Source of the DNA: Nitrospirota bacterium
Lineage (GTDB): Bacteria > Nitrospirota > UBA9217
DNA length: 64,000 bases
Assembly (NCBI GenBank): GCA_963818475.1
Contig: CAWFSF010000006.1
Location: forward strand, 1,600,001-1,664,000
Direction of reading: 5' to 3'
How positions within the stretch are numbered: position 1 is the first letter of the stretch; each line of letters starts with the position of its first letter. A program made the translations under genes and the position numbers. Shown in pieces: positions 1 to 10,976 of the stretch. The notes below the pieces were generated by a model. The model did not search any database, was not told the origin of the DNA, and saw only the letters and a program-made list of their open reading frames with translations.

Positions 1-600
1 GCGTACCACGTCGTCGATGGGACGGGGCCGGAACTCCCTGCCGCCGAGGAACGGCGTACAGCAGCAGAAGCAGTTGTACCGGCATCCCCGCGATGCGTGA
101 ATGAGATCGACCATCTGAACGCCGCGATAGTTGTAGCGCTCCCGGTTCAGGATGTTCCGCCTGGCCGGACCCACGACGTTCATGTTCGGGAAATTCCACT
201 GATAATCGTAGACCGGTTTGAGGCTCTTGTTCTTCAGGTCCTCCAGGACCTGACCGAACCGGCCTTCGGCCTCACCAAGGAACACGGAATCAGCATGCTG
301 CTTCGTTTCCTCGGCATGGATCATGGTGCCGATGCCGCCGAAGATGACCGGGATGCCGCGGCTGCGGAATTGGTCTGCGATCTCCCATCCGCGCTTGATC
401 TGGCAGGTCAGCATGCACGAGATCGCAATGAGATCCACCTTCTCGTCGAAGTTAATGCTCTCCACATGCTCATCGGTAAAAAGTAGTTCATCCTCGCCCG
501 GGACCGTTGCCGCGAAGCAGATCGGACCGTGCGGAGGAAGATGGAATTCTGTCTGTCGTTCAAGTTTAGGCCACTTTGGATAAATAAGTCTGATCTTCAC
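1..600 (-). CDS. B12-binding-domain radical SAM protein (runs off window start)
   Basis: Not in ORF track. Read manually from GTG at 598-600, overlapping the upstream stop: MKIRLIYPKWPKLERQTEFHLPPHGP..., with SRGCRYNCFCC (CxxxCxxC) near 60-95. Confidence 0.85.
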   Translation of the reverse strand, partial: MKIRLIYPKWPKLERQTEFHLPPHGPICFAATVPGEDELLFTDEHVESINFDEKVDLIAISCMLTCQIKRGWEIADQFRSRGIPVIFGGIGTMIHAEETKQHADSVFLGEAEGRFGQVLEDLKNKSLKPVYDYQWNFPNMNVVGPARRNILNRERYNYRGVQMVDLIHASRGCRYNCFCCCTPFLGGREFRPRPIDDVVR

Positions 601-1277
601 AACGATCCCTTTCTTGCTGCCATACGGAGGAATTTCTGTATCAACCCCGATAAATCAGGGTTTGCTTCCACGAGAGACCGCGCGTCCTCAAAATCGCAGA
701 GAACCGATTGATCACGACCGGACGACCGTGCGATTACAAAGTAAAGCGCTTCATCAGCCTCAGCCGCGCCCACAAGCATGGTCGGCGCTTCTTCGGCAAG
801 GATCATTTCACGTGCGCTGTCGAGCACGGCTGCCAGTGCATTGTTCTCGCTCGCTGCATACACAACGGGCCCCAGCAGTCCGAAATGGATCGCTGCTTCT
901 CCGATCGGGCTTGACGGCAGCGTGTAGATGAACAGGTTCCCGCGCGACAGTGTGCGCCCGCCCTCGAGGTAATCCCGGAAGTACTCCTTATCGGACTGGA
1001 GCGAACCCTCTGTATTCGTTCCCACGATCCCGATGTCCTGCTTTCGCAGGGGGGAATATTCGATGCCCGCGTCCTGCAGCGCGAGGCTGACCGCGTAGGC
1101 CGTCATCCTTGAGATCGTGTCGAGCCGTCCGAAATTCTTGAAGGGGTGCGAAAAAATATCTTTTTTCGGCAGCGTATGGACACCCTCGTCCGTCTCGTAT
1201 ATATGCCGGAGCTCACTCCTGATACAGCCGTATCCTTCTTTGGTGAGCCAACCTATGCCGCGGACTGCGATCATCAT
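597..1277 (-). CDS. Ketosynthase N-terminal-domain protein, probably a non-catalytic chain-length-factor-like subunit
   Basis: FGRLD..SRM and FIYTLPSSPIGEAAIHFGLLGP are KS N-terminal motifs; 226 aa with no catalytic Cys/His/His. Confidence 0.75.
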   Translation of the reverse strand: MMIAVRGIGWLTKEGYGCIRSELRHIYETDEGVHTLPKKDIFSHPFKNFGRLDTISRMTAYAVSLALQDAGIEYSPLRKQDIGIVGTNTEGSLQSDKEYFRDYLEGGRTLSRGNLFIYTLPSSPIGEAAIHFGLLGPVVYAASENNALAAVLDSAREMILAEEAPTMLVGAAEADEALYFVIARSSGRDQSVLCDFEDARSLVEANPDLSGLIQKFLRMAARKGSL

Positions 1278-1287
1278 GCCACCCTGC

Positions 1288-2406
1288 TCACGCCAGCACC
1301 AGCGCTGTGTTCACGCCGCTGAAACCGGCATTCGTCACCAGGGCAAACGCGCCTGCCCGAAACGCCTGCTGCCCGCCGGAGACCCAGCCCCGCGCATCGT
1401 CGTCAGGCTCGGTCAGATTCACGGTCGGAGGAACGATCCGCTCCTTAAGCGCACGAAGCGCGATGATCATCTCCACGAGCCCCGCAGCTCCCATGGTATG
1501 GCCGATGCCGCCCTTGATCGAATAGACCGGACGCTTCGCATCCTTGAAGACCGATCGAAAAGCCCGCATTTCCATCTGGTCGTTGTACACCGTACCCGTA
1601 CCATGGGCCGAGATAAAGCCCACGTCTCCGGGTCCGGCGCCTGCCGAGGCCAGCGCTTTCGAGATTGCCAGGATCAGTCCCTCGCTTTCGCGTGACGGGC
1701 CGGTCATGTGGTTGGCATCGTCGCTCAGGCCCCAGCCTGCCAGGGTCCCGAGAACAGGGCGGTTCTCGCGCGCCGCCCGTTCTTCGCTCATCAGCAGAGC
1801 GTAGGCTGCCGCCTCGCCCACGTTCAGGCCCGCCCGGTGTTTGTCAAAAGGCCGTGCCGGCTCGCGGTCCAATGCCATGAGCGATGAGAAGCCGGAGAAA
1901 ATGAATTCCGTGATGCTGTCGCAGGCGACCACGAGCACACAGTCCGCATGGTTGTTCCGGATCATTGCCGCTGCCTGCGCTGCTGCCGCGGCTGATGACG
2001 TACAGGCCGCTGATATCACGAGCCCCGGCGCCCTTTGTCCCGGTCAGGCCGAGCGACCTTGCCGACAAGACGGCTCACAATTGCATCGGCAGCATTTCCC
2101 CGCTCTTCAAGCATGCTCTGTTCGAGCAGATCGATCTCGCCTTTGGTCGTTGCGAGCAGCAGCTTTGCATCGGCCGGAACGGCGACCCCTGCGAACAGCA
2201 TCTGCAGCATCTGCATGACCAGGGAGTCGCCGTCGTGATACCGCAGGCCGTTGATGATGCCCGCATAATCAGAATGGAATGCCGCCGGTCTTGAAACGGG
2301 TAACGCGTGAAATTGCGGTCTTCCCGCCAAGTAAACCCTGCCAGCATGCTTCAGTCCCCCTGCCGTACGGGGTCACCATATCCGCCATGACAACGACCGG
2401 TTTCAT
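1288..2406 (-). CDS. Beta-ketoacyl-ACP synthase (frameshifted, split over ORFs 1288-2019 and 2016-2330)
   Basis: Start MKPVVVMADMVTPYG at 2406; ISAACTSS (Cys), SAHGTGT and GHTMGAAG catalytic motifs. Confidence 0.85.
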
Positions 2407-2887
2407 GGCTTTTTATGGAACTCCCCTGCAGCCCATTTTCTGCGGACCCGGTCAAGCAGCTCCGGTGAAACCATGAAGGGTGCTCCTGTCTTGCCATCGG
2501 TGAACAATTGCACCATGTAACCGCTTGAGGCGATGCTCTGGTCCTGTTTCACCAGCTGATATTCTGTATTCAACCGCGATCCTTCGTTCCAGATCAGCGA
2601 TGCTCTGATGGTAAACTCCTCGTCCAGAAAGAGGGGCTTGAAATAATCGATATGGAACTCCACAAGCGGCGCGCGCACCCCTGCTTCGAAATATTCGGCA
2701 TAGGACAGGCCGATTGTTCTGCCCAGCTCCTCGGACGCCTCCTCGAAATAGAGCGGATACCGCCCATGCCACACGATCGCCATGGGATCGGCTTCGTTGA
2801 AATGGACCCGTCTTTTCACCTCGACCACAACGGGATCGGGTGAGCCCGGGATCCGTTCAAAATATGTTTTCTTTTTCTCGCCCTCAT
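2403..2887 (-). CDS. Acyl-CoA/ACP thioesterase, 4HBT/YbgC hotdog family
   Basis: RVHFNEADPMAIVWHGRYPLYFEEA motif; probable ATG at 2885-2887 with an indel just after it; artefactually fused to the upstream gene in the ORF track. Confidence 0.8.
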
Positions 2888-3276
2888 GTTCACGCCGTTT
2901 CTGATCAGTCAAAACGACACGCAGCTTCAGCTCCGCGATCTTGACCGTGTTCTTCGTGATAACCGCCTTCACCGTATGCTCGCCGCTCGCCGCTCCGTCA
3001 TCGTTGACAACGCAGGTCATTTCGTCGTCAGGAAACAACGGGGAGAAATACTTGGCGAGCACAACCTCTTTCAAGCACCACACCCTTCCCGCGTCCTTTT
3101 TCGAGCGTCGAAAGCGCGCACTGGATCTGGCAGACGCCGGGAAGGATCTTTTTCGAGGGAAAGTGCCCCTGGAAACCGATGAACTCCGGCGGGAAGGAGA
3201 AGCGTGACGTCAGCGTCGTGCTTTCACGCTCCAGGCCGGTCATGTATTGTTCGATATCTTCTTTCACTCTTCTCAA
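2884..3276 (-). CDS. 3-hydroxyacyl-ACP dehydratase, FabA/FabZ/ApeI-like (frameshifted near 3075)
   Basis: FQGHFPSKKILPGVCQI motif in the tail of ORF 3028-3939 continues as LKEVVLAKYFSPLFP in ORF 2403-3083. Confidence 0.75.
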
Positions 3277-3939
3277 CCGCGAATCTCCTTCTGCCTGACA
3301 ATCAGACGGTAACCGTGCCGGTAGTTCTGCAGGACAATGCCCATAGGATAACTGTTTTTCATTCTTCAGGAGATAATCGTAGTACGAAACCCGCCAGACA
3401 GCCCTGTTGTCCTCATAATAGGTTTTCGTGCGCAGAACCGTTGGCTCGCCTGCAAACACATACTCCAGCGCTCCCTCTTCCGACGGCTGCCTGAAAACAA
3501 GGCGGTTTTTCTTCTGCGCGATCCGTGCCTGATCTGACGGGACAAGGTCGAAATAAACGCGCATGATGTCGTCGCCCACGGCACGTGCAATATCGCCCCT
3601 GTCTGCCAGCGGCCCGATGGCGGACTGTGAGAGGACACCGTCCCGGTTGCCCGAAACCTCGAAAAGCTTCACGCCCATATGGTTCATACAGGCTACTTTA
3701 TAGAAACGGTCTTTTGCATTGACCTCAAGGTACCCGATCCCGCCAAAAGTGAACCACGAATACTCAAAAACAATGGTATTGAGCAATTGAAAACTTTCAG
3801 CATTCCCGCTCCGGAAGCGCTCGACAACCGTGTGCGGGTCGGCGCTCTCCAGGGGAACGAGCGCGGCTTCCTTGAACGGCGCCGCGGAAACGCACCCGGC
3901 CAGAAGAGCTGCCAGGACTGCGGCAAGCAACCGTATCAT
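3273..3939 (-). CDS. Lipoprotein (DUF3261-like) of the lipid cluster, frameshift near 3355
   Basis: Lipobox LLAGC; position between MMPL exporter and dehydratase as in aryl-polyene-type clusters. Confidence 0.6.
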
Positions 3940-6321
3940 GACGCTTTTTCTCTCGCTGCCGGGGACAGGAGACTGCAGAATGAAGGCACGACCAGGACGG
4001 ACGACAGGTAGCCCACCACCATGCAGATCACCATGGCAACACCGGTGGAATAGAGCGCCGGATGCCGGGCGAACAGCAGCGCGCCTGCGCCGATCACGTT
4101 GGATGCCGCGGACAAGGTCATTGCCATGACCGTGCCGAAATTCAGGTTGTGGCGGTATTCGTAGGTGATCCCCAGCCCATAGTCCACGATAACGCCGCTG
4201 GCGATCACACCAGCGATGATATTGACCACGTTCAGCGGCATGTCAAAAAGCGACATGATGCCCAGCAGCCAGACCACGCCGGTGAGAAGCGGCACCAGCG
4301 CGATCAGCGTTTCTTTCCAGTTCCTGAAAAAAAGCCACGTCAGGACGAGATTGAACAGGACAGCAAGCGGGGCAAGAAAGTACATTTCCTTGATCGTAAA
4401 GCCTGAGATCGACGCGGACAACGCCCTTCCTGATACGATGAAGGTCCCGGAATGTTTTTGCGTCAACGGGCGAAGAGCGTCGATATTCCGCTGCTCGTCG
4501 GGGAAGAACGACATGATGCGGCACTCTCCGTCCCTGTTCACCACAAAACGTTCCTGCAAGTGGGCGATGAGCCCGCCCGGATGCGAGGCGTCGGACTCCC
4601 GGGAGTACAGTCCCTCAAAAAAAGGGGAAAAAGCACGGTCCGAGAAACCATAGGCAGCCGACTTTTCCCGGATCAGCCCCTTAAGCTTCTTTTCCCTCCC
4701 CTGTTTCCAGAAGCGGTCCCAGCGGTCCCGATTTTCCTTCCTGCTCTTTTCCGATGGCCAGAACAGGGCAAGGCTCGTAAATTCTTCTCTGTCGACGGCG
4801 TTGATTGCTTCGTGGTACACGCGGTCATTTGTTTCCATGGCTTCTTCGAAATTCCTGCCCGTGACCACCAGGATCGCCTGGTTGGTCTTTCCGCCCCAGA
4901 TCTCGTGAAAGTTCTGTTCGGCCTTGAACACCGCGGGCGCGCTGCCGTCCAACTTTTTAACATCGCTGTCGAACCGGACCGAGAAGGACAGGACGAGCAT
5001 CACGATCGTCAGGAGTATCCATATCGCCAGTGTCAATTTCACCGGCCAATGGAAATTCTTCAGACGGTCGCCGATGGTCGAGTCGGGAACCAGCGCATAG
5101 CGCTTCCAGGACAAGGTCAACGGCAGTACAAAGAGAGAAAACAGGAGGCAGATAACCAGGCACACGATGGAGAACAGCGCCAGTTGCTGGTAACCGCGTA
5201 TCTGGGAGAAGATCAGGACCACGAAGCTGAATATGGTCGTGATCGCATCCATGAACACCAGTTTGCCGAGCTTTCCCATCTGCGACGAATCAGTGCCGCG
5301 CTTCATGGCGATGTACATGATCAGCCCGTAATCGGATATGCCGACGATGGCAGTGCCGAAACCGATGACCAGATAGGAAAGCGTCCCTTCAATGAACGCC
5401 ACGACGATTATCGCCCACACGACCGCGAGGAAACGGAAAGAGGATGACAAAAAAAGCGCGTGCATCGCGAAACACGAAGAGGAAGAGAAAGAAAAATCCG
5501 ATCGTTGCAACAACGGTGGCAACGGCAATGTCCCGCTTGATCACCTGTTCATTGCTGACCGTGTGGAGGTGGCCGCCGACTACATCCGCGGAAACGTAGT
5601 CCGGAAGCTGCCTGATCTTCTCTTCCAGGACCCGGACGAGTTCCTTGCTCCGGCTGGCGTCCGTCATGGGGACCGTGGTCTGCACGATCAGCATGGCATG
5701 CCGCCCGTCGCGGCTCAGAAAACGGCCGTCCTCGACAACCACATCGTACCCCATGGACGAGGGAAGCGCCTTCAGTTTTCCATAGAGCACTGTCTTGATT
5801 CCCAGGGGGTCGGTGCGGGATAATGAGGCGGTAAAAACGCTTTCCGGCCTGAAGGTCTGCAGGTAGATCTGTTTTAGTTTTGCCTCCACGGACGGACCGT
5901 TTATCTGAGCGTCCAGGGAGAGGAGTTCATCCTCGGTCAGGATCTGAGGACCATACTGGAGGACAGAGAATTCGTCCATGGCATCGGCCATGGATACCCC
6001 GGACGTAACCTTGGCGAACAAAGGCGGCTCAAGAGAGGCTGCCAGCTTATCGACAGCCGCAAAAAGGTCCTTCTTGTCCCTGTCCGTCTTGGTGAGTGCC
6101 AGGGAGATGATGACCTTGTCGGACAGGCTGGAGTCGCGCAGGAACTGCATGCTCCTGGTGACGTCCTTGTCCGGCGGGAGCATGAGATCGACGCTGCCTT
6201 CGTACCGGATGAGGGACAGGCCGAAAACAGAGCCTATGGTGACGAGCGCGACAAAGATCAAAACCAGCCGTTTATGGGTGCGGGCAAGGTCAAAGCCCCT
6301 GGAGAAAAAACGTTCGAGCAT
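3936..6321 (-). CDS. MMPL/RND-family lipid exporter (frameshift near 5440)
   Basis: Two halves each with a periplasmic loop plus TM bundle; GISDYG and GVIVDYG motifs. Confidence 0.85.
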
Positions 6322-7004
6322 CAGCCTTTTACCTCAAAGCTGGAGTTGTCGAGGGGAACGTTCAACTGGGTGTTCGTGAAGGTGATCGTCGTCATGTCGC
6401 CGTTCACTTCCTGGATCTGTATGCGCTTGAGGTATTTTAGATCTTCCCGGAACGTTATCGTGATGCTTTTGATGACCTTTTTGGAGATATTCTTCTCGAG
6501 TGGAACGAACTCAAGCACCAGGGGATCGTTCTGCTTCACCCGAACATCATTGACAGCCAGGAGCGATCCATACTCACCCGAGAACCACACGGTCAGCTGA
6601 TTGAGCACATTCTGAAAAATAGGATTCTTGGCAAGCGATATTTCCTGGACTTTGTTCGTGTCCTCGTCCCACTGGCGGATGAATGTATCAGTGATCAGCA
6701 CGGAATACCGGACCGGCGAATCCACATGCCAGGCTATCTTGCTCGGTTTCTGGAGATAGATCCGGCCCTTGAGAACAAGCTTCTCCTTGAACATGGCCAT
6801 TTCTTTTTCCTGCGTGAAATCCGTTTTCAGGCTCGTGAAGTCCGAAACCTTTTTCCCGATGTTGTTCAGCAGGCTGAGCAGATCATTCTGCTGCGGAGCC
6901 GTTGAGGTGCTTTTCTCATCCGCAAAAACCGTTCCCGCGTGCGTTTGGAAACACAGGATCAGGGTAAAGAGCGCCATCATGCTTCTTTGCATACGGATCA
7001 TCAT
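6321..7004 (-). CDS. LolA-like periplasmic lipid/lipoprotein carrier
   Basis: Signal peptide; SLKTDFTQEK...GRIYLQKPSKIAW...P LolA pattern. Confidence 0.85.
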   Translation of the reverse strand: MMIRMQRSMMALFTLILCFQTHAGTVFADEKSTSTAPQQNDLLSLLNNIGKKVSDFTSLKTDFTQEKEMAMFKEKLVLKGRIYLQKPSKIAWHVDSPVRYSVLITDTFIRQWDEDTNKVQEISLAKNPIFQNVLNQLTVWFSGEYGSLLAVNDVRVKQNDPLVLEFVPLEKNISKKVIKSITITFREDLKYLKRIQIQEVNGDMTTITFTNTQLNVPLDNSSFEVKG

Positions 7005-8485
7005 GCCGCCTTGCCGTCGCTCTGGAAGACTTTGAGCTCACCGCGGGCGATCACGGTGTCGCCCTTCTTCACTTCTCCATGGATAATGCCGAAATCACCG
7101 TACTTTGCCACTTTAAACATGGAAATACGCAGAACATCGCCTACCTTTGCGCTGCCGGGGATCTCGAGGTTCTTGATGCCGAGCAGGAAGCCTTCCTGCT
7201 GGGGGTTGCGGCTCCCGAGCTTCCTGAACCCCTCCTGGGCCGCGATCGCCTGGGACATGATCTCGGGATACGAGGCTTCATCGAGTTTCCCGTCCCTCCC
7301 GACGAACAGCATGTCCTCCAGCACCGTCATCTCGGACACCGATGCCCGCTCCCTCACCTCAAGGAGCCGGTCGATCATAAGCATGGGCGGTTTGTGCGGA
7401 ACGAGCTGTGCCGCATCCACGGGCAGGAACATGATGTCCTCGCGCCGGTCAAGGTTCTTCCAGCAGAGCGGGTCCGAAGCAAGGTAATCGCCGGTCAATT
7501 GAAATGCCGCTCCGCGGCAGCCGTAGCATTCGCTCAGCCGGTCACATTCGCTGCAGGGCCCCTTGATCGTCTCGGTGTACATCTTGAGGTCCTGGACCAC
7601 CTCGCTCTCCTTCAGGATCTCCTTGAGCTTCTGCTTGCGCACGTTGCCGATCGGGATCGTGACGCCGACGCAGGGCTGGACATCTCCTTCAGAGTTCACG
7701 GCGCAGGAGAACCGGTGGCGAAGACACTCCCCCCCGATGAGCGGCGGTTTGGGGTCCCAGTGGTGGCCGTATTTGTTCCGGTCGATCTTGGAGATGCGCT
7801 TGAAAAGCTCCTCCACCTGATGGGAATCGACGTCGAGCATATTATGCTCTTTGGCGCCGCCCTGCGGCGTGATCATCTCGAAATAGGGGGCGATGTTCTG
7901 GTCCCGCAACCACTCCCACATCTTCGGAAGCTCCTCGATGTTCTGCTGGCACACGACCGTGCTGATGCCCATGAACCGGTCCGCGGAAGGATAGCCCGCC
8001 AGTTTCAGGTTGTTGAACGCCTCGTGGATCTGGGTGTAGGCGCCTTTCCTGCCCGAAAGCGTGTCCTGGACCTTCTCATCGAAGGTATTCATCTTGAGCA
8101 CGACCCGGACACCGGCTTCATAGAGCTCCTGCGCCTTTTCCCGGGTGATGTTCGTACCGTTCGTGAAAAGCTCGACGTCCATGTCGAGACTGCGGATGAA
8201 GCGGATCATTTCCATGATATGCGGATAGAGCATGGGCTCGCCGCCGAGGACGATCATCTTCCGCGCCCCCAGTTCCTTGGCCTGCGTGATAAGGTCGAAG
8301 AACTCTTCCCTGCTCAATTCGTCCCGCTGCACGGTATGGTCCGACGCGTAGCAGTAGAGGCACCGGAAGTTGCAGCTCTTGTTGAACTCCAGTTCCATTG
8401 AAAGGAGCCGGCCGTCGCGGACGGCTTCGGCGATCTCCTCCTGGGAGAACTCTGCACCATAGATACGACTCTGACAGCTTTTCAT
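7001..8485 (-). CDS. Radical SAM/SPASM protein fused to a C-terminal hotdog (FabZ/ApeP-like) dehydratase domain
   Basis: CNFRCLYC, GGEP, SPASM GDVQPC...CSECDRLSECYGCR...DPLC, then LVPHKPPMLMIDRLLEV. Confidence 0.85.
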   Translation of the reverse strand: MKSCQSRIYGAEFSQEEIAEAVRDGRLLSMELEFNKSCNFRCLYCYASDHTVQRDELSREEFFDLITQAKELGARKMIVLGGEPMLYPHIMEMIRFIRSLDMDVELFTNGTNITREKAQELYEAGVRVVLKMNTFDEKVQDTLSGRKGAYTQIHEAFNNLKLAGYPSADRFMGISTVVCQQNIEELPKMWEWLRDQNIAPYFEMITPQGGAKEHNMLDVDSHQVEELFKRISKIDRNKYGHHWDPKPPLIGGECLRHRFSCAVNSEGDVQPCVGVTIPIGNVRKQKLKEILKESEVVQDLKMYTETIKGPCSECDRLSECYGCRGAAFQLTGDYLASDPLCWKNLDRREDIMFLPVDAAQLVPHKPPMLMIDRLLEVRERASVSEMTVLEDMLFVGRDGKLDEASYPEIMSQAIAAQEGFRKLGSRNPQQEGFLLGIKNLEIPGSAKVGDVLRISMFKVAKYGDFGIIHGEVKKGDTVIARGELKVFQSDGKAA

Positions 8486-9792
8486 AGTTTTTTTCTCTTA
8501 TCCACGAATCGAATTAATTTCCGGGAGTTCCCGGCATAGACCTGGCTCTTCACGTCTTCCTCGCTCGCCACGATGACTTCCGGCCGCACGCGAAGGTGCG
8601 CCTGCAGTTTATCGGTGATCATCTCGGCCGTGCAGGAATGGTCCCTGAGCGCGACCGTGACCTTCACCACATCGGAGAGGTCGAAATCGCTCGTTGCGGT
8701 CACGTAGTATTCGCTGATCCCCGGCAGCGCGTCGAGGACCGCATAGATCGAGTTCGGATACAGCGTCGTGCCGCGGAATTTGATCATGTGGTTCTTGCGC
8801 CCGACGATGGGGCCCAGCCGGGACGACCGTCTTCCGCAGGCACAGGGCGCGTCAATAAGAAAGCTTATGTCCCCGGTCTTGAACCGCAAGAGCGGCATGC
8901 CCTCGATCGCAAGCGGCGTCACCACCACCTCGCCCAGCTCGCCTGACGGGAGCACCTCGCCCTGGTCGTTCACGATCTCCACCACCGCAAGGTTCGGATG
9001 CAGATGGCCGCCCTGCTGGGCCGTGCATTCGCAGAAGGAGGTAATGGTCTCCGAGGATGCATAGGTCGAATAGACCCTTGCGCCCCAGACCGCTTCCAGG
9101 CTTTCGCCCACCCGCAGAAACTGCAGCGCCCGGTCCCTCACCGGCTCGCCGATGCAGATCAGCCTGCTGATGCCGGTCGTGCGGGGGTCGATGTTCCGCG
9201 ATTTCAGGAACTGTCCCAGTTTGAGCAGGAATGTCGGCACACCGACGATCGCGGTCGGCTTGAGCCGCTCGATGATCTCGAGATGGCTTTCGAAACCGCT
9301 CAGCCCGTTCCGGATCGCGGCTGCGCCGAGGCTCCGCACGCCTGAAAAGTAGGCCAGCCCGGCGATGAAGCAGCGGTCCATGGTGCAGGTGAGCAGAACG
9401 ATGTCGTCCCGGGTCAGGCCGCAGCTTTCGAGCGAGATCTCCTCGTTATAGGCAAGCCGGCGGAGATCGTTCTCCGTGTACATCATGGTCGTCGGCCTGC
9501 CGGTCGTGCCGGACGACAGGACCATGTCCACGATCGCCGAACGCGGAACGGCAAGGAACTCGTCGTTCTGCTGCCCCAGTGCGGTCTTGTCCGTGAGCGG
9601 AAGCGTACGCAGCGAGTCAAGGGTGACCGCTGCAGGATCGATGCCTTCCGCCTTGAAGAGCGATCGGTAATAGGGCGAATGGGCGGAGAGGTACTGCAGA
9701 TGTCTGCGCAACAGTTCTTCCTGCACCGTCCTGATCTCAGCCGGCGACGAGAATTCAAGCTTTCTGTCGCCGTCGAATTCCATCATGCTCAT
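8482..9792 (-). CDS. Phenylacetate-CoA ligase (PaaK)-family adenylating enzyme
   Basis: SSGTTGRP, YASSE, PLLRFKTGDI, GRKNHMIK motifs. Confidence 0.9.
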   Translation of the reverse strand: MSMMEFDGDRKLEFSSPAEIRTVQEELLRRHLQYLSAHSPYYRSLFKAEGIDPAAVTLDSLRTLPLTDKTALGQQNDEFLAVPRSAIVDMVLSSGTTGRPTTMMYTENDLRRLAYNEEISLESCGLTRDDIVLLTCTMDRCFIAGLAYFSGVRSLGAAAIRNGLSGFESHLEIIERLKPTAIVGVPTFLLKLGQFLKSRNIDPRTTGISRLICIGEPVRDRALQFLRVGESLEAVWGARVYSTYASSETITSFCECTAQQGGHLHPNLAVVEIVNDQGEVLPSGELGEVVVTPLAIEGMPLLRFKTGDISFLIDAPCACGRRSSRLGPIVGRKNHMIKFRGTTLYPNSIYAVLDALPGISEYYVTATSDFDLSDVVKVTVALRDHSCTAEMITDKLQAHLRVRPEVIVASEEDVKSQVYAGNSRKLIRFVDKRKKL

Positions 9793-10542
9793 ACTGCTTT
9801 CTCCATGACGGACAACTCGTCATCGATGATATGCCATACCCTGTTCTTCAAAGCGAAGGCGTTCAGGTCTTTATACTCGTCCCAGGCGATGGACGGCAGC
9901 CGCCGCACCCGGATAGTGCCCGGTCGCAGAAGCAGCGACCCCTTGGGCGGGATGTTCTCGTTCCCGGTGATGCAGATCGGCACGACAGGCATCCTTGATT
10001 CCAGCGCCAGACGGAAGGCCGCGCCGTGAAAATTTCCCATGGTCCTGCTCGCCGATCTTGTCCCCTCGGGAAAGAAGATGATCGAGACGCCCTCGGACAG
10101 CAGTTTCGCGGCTTTTTCAAGGAACTGTTCATGCGACATCATTCTGATGTTCAGATATCCCGAGAACCTGGCGTACAACCCCAGAATGGGTATCCTGAAG
10201 GGCCAGACATTCACGATCTGTACGCACTCATGAGGCAGGACGCACATGAGAAATGCGTCGGAGGCCGCTCGGTGGTTGCATACAAAGATATAAGGCTCGC
10301 CAGGGCCATCTTTTGCCAAGGTCCTCATACCGGAGCTTGATCCAGGGATAGGGGATCGACGTAATGAGCTTTCCGTAGAAGCTGATGGAGCGACGGAACC
10401 GCTTCATGGTGCGGCGGTGCGACAGGAAGAGCCTCGATACGGCCACCACCAGCGTCAACATCGGGATCGCGACAGATGAAAGCAATAAAAAGCAGGTATA
10501 AAAATACAGGTTGAGAAAAAACAATTTCACACGCAGCAGCAT
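9789..10542 (-). CDS. Lysophospholipid acyltransferase (PlsC family), frameshift near 10310
   Basis: CNHRAASD (HX4D) and FFPEGTRS motifs; N-terminal TM in ORF 10228-10542. Confidence 0.85.
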
Positions 10543-10553
10543 CGCGGTCCGCC

Positions 10554-10811
10554 CTACTTGCCTTCTTCGTTCTTGAGCGACGAAATAAACTGATAGATAT
10601 CCTCAAGGGTACGAATGTCCCTGACCTTTTCCTCGTTCCTGATCTTTACGCCAAAGGTGTTCTGGAGCGCAACGACCAGATCGACGATGTCCAGGCTGTC
10701 GAGACCCAGATCGGTAAAGATATGCGCCGTCGGGACCAGCCGCTCCTTCTCGATCTCAAAGGATTCCTCGAACACCTTATTGATCTTGTTGATGATTTCC
10801 TTATCGATCAT
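10554..10811 (-). CDS. Acyl carrier protein
   Basis: DLGLDSLD phosphopantetheine-Ser motif; 85 aa, acidic; SD GGAGG. Confidence 0.95.
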   Translation of the reverse strand: MIDKEIINKINKVFEESFEIEKERLVPTAHIFTDLGLDSLDIVDLVVALQNTFGVKIRNEEKVRDIRTLEDIYQFISSLKNEEGK

Positions 10812-10829
10812 GCATTCCTCCGGATGAAG

Positions 10830-10976
10830 TTCAAATTACAAATTACAAATAGCAAATCCCAAATAGCAAATCCCAAATAAGCACCAAATACCAAGTTCCA
10901 AAATTCAAACTGTTTGGTGCTTGCCCTTTGGCAATTGGAATTTATTTGTAATTTGGTGCTTGCAATTTGGTGTTTG
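10830..10976. repeat. Heptamer-based inverted intergenic repeat, family A (CAAATxx ... xxTTTGG)
   Basis: Tandem CAAATTA/CAAATAG/CAAATCC units followed by complementary TTTGGTG units; closely similar to 21626-21768. Confidence 0.85.

Noticed and set aside
2403-3939. Apparent fusions lipoprotein-dehydratase and dehydratase-thioesterase
   Set aside because: Explained by indels joining separate overlapping genes that have their own start and stop codons
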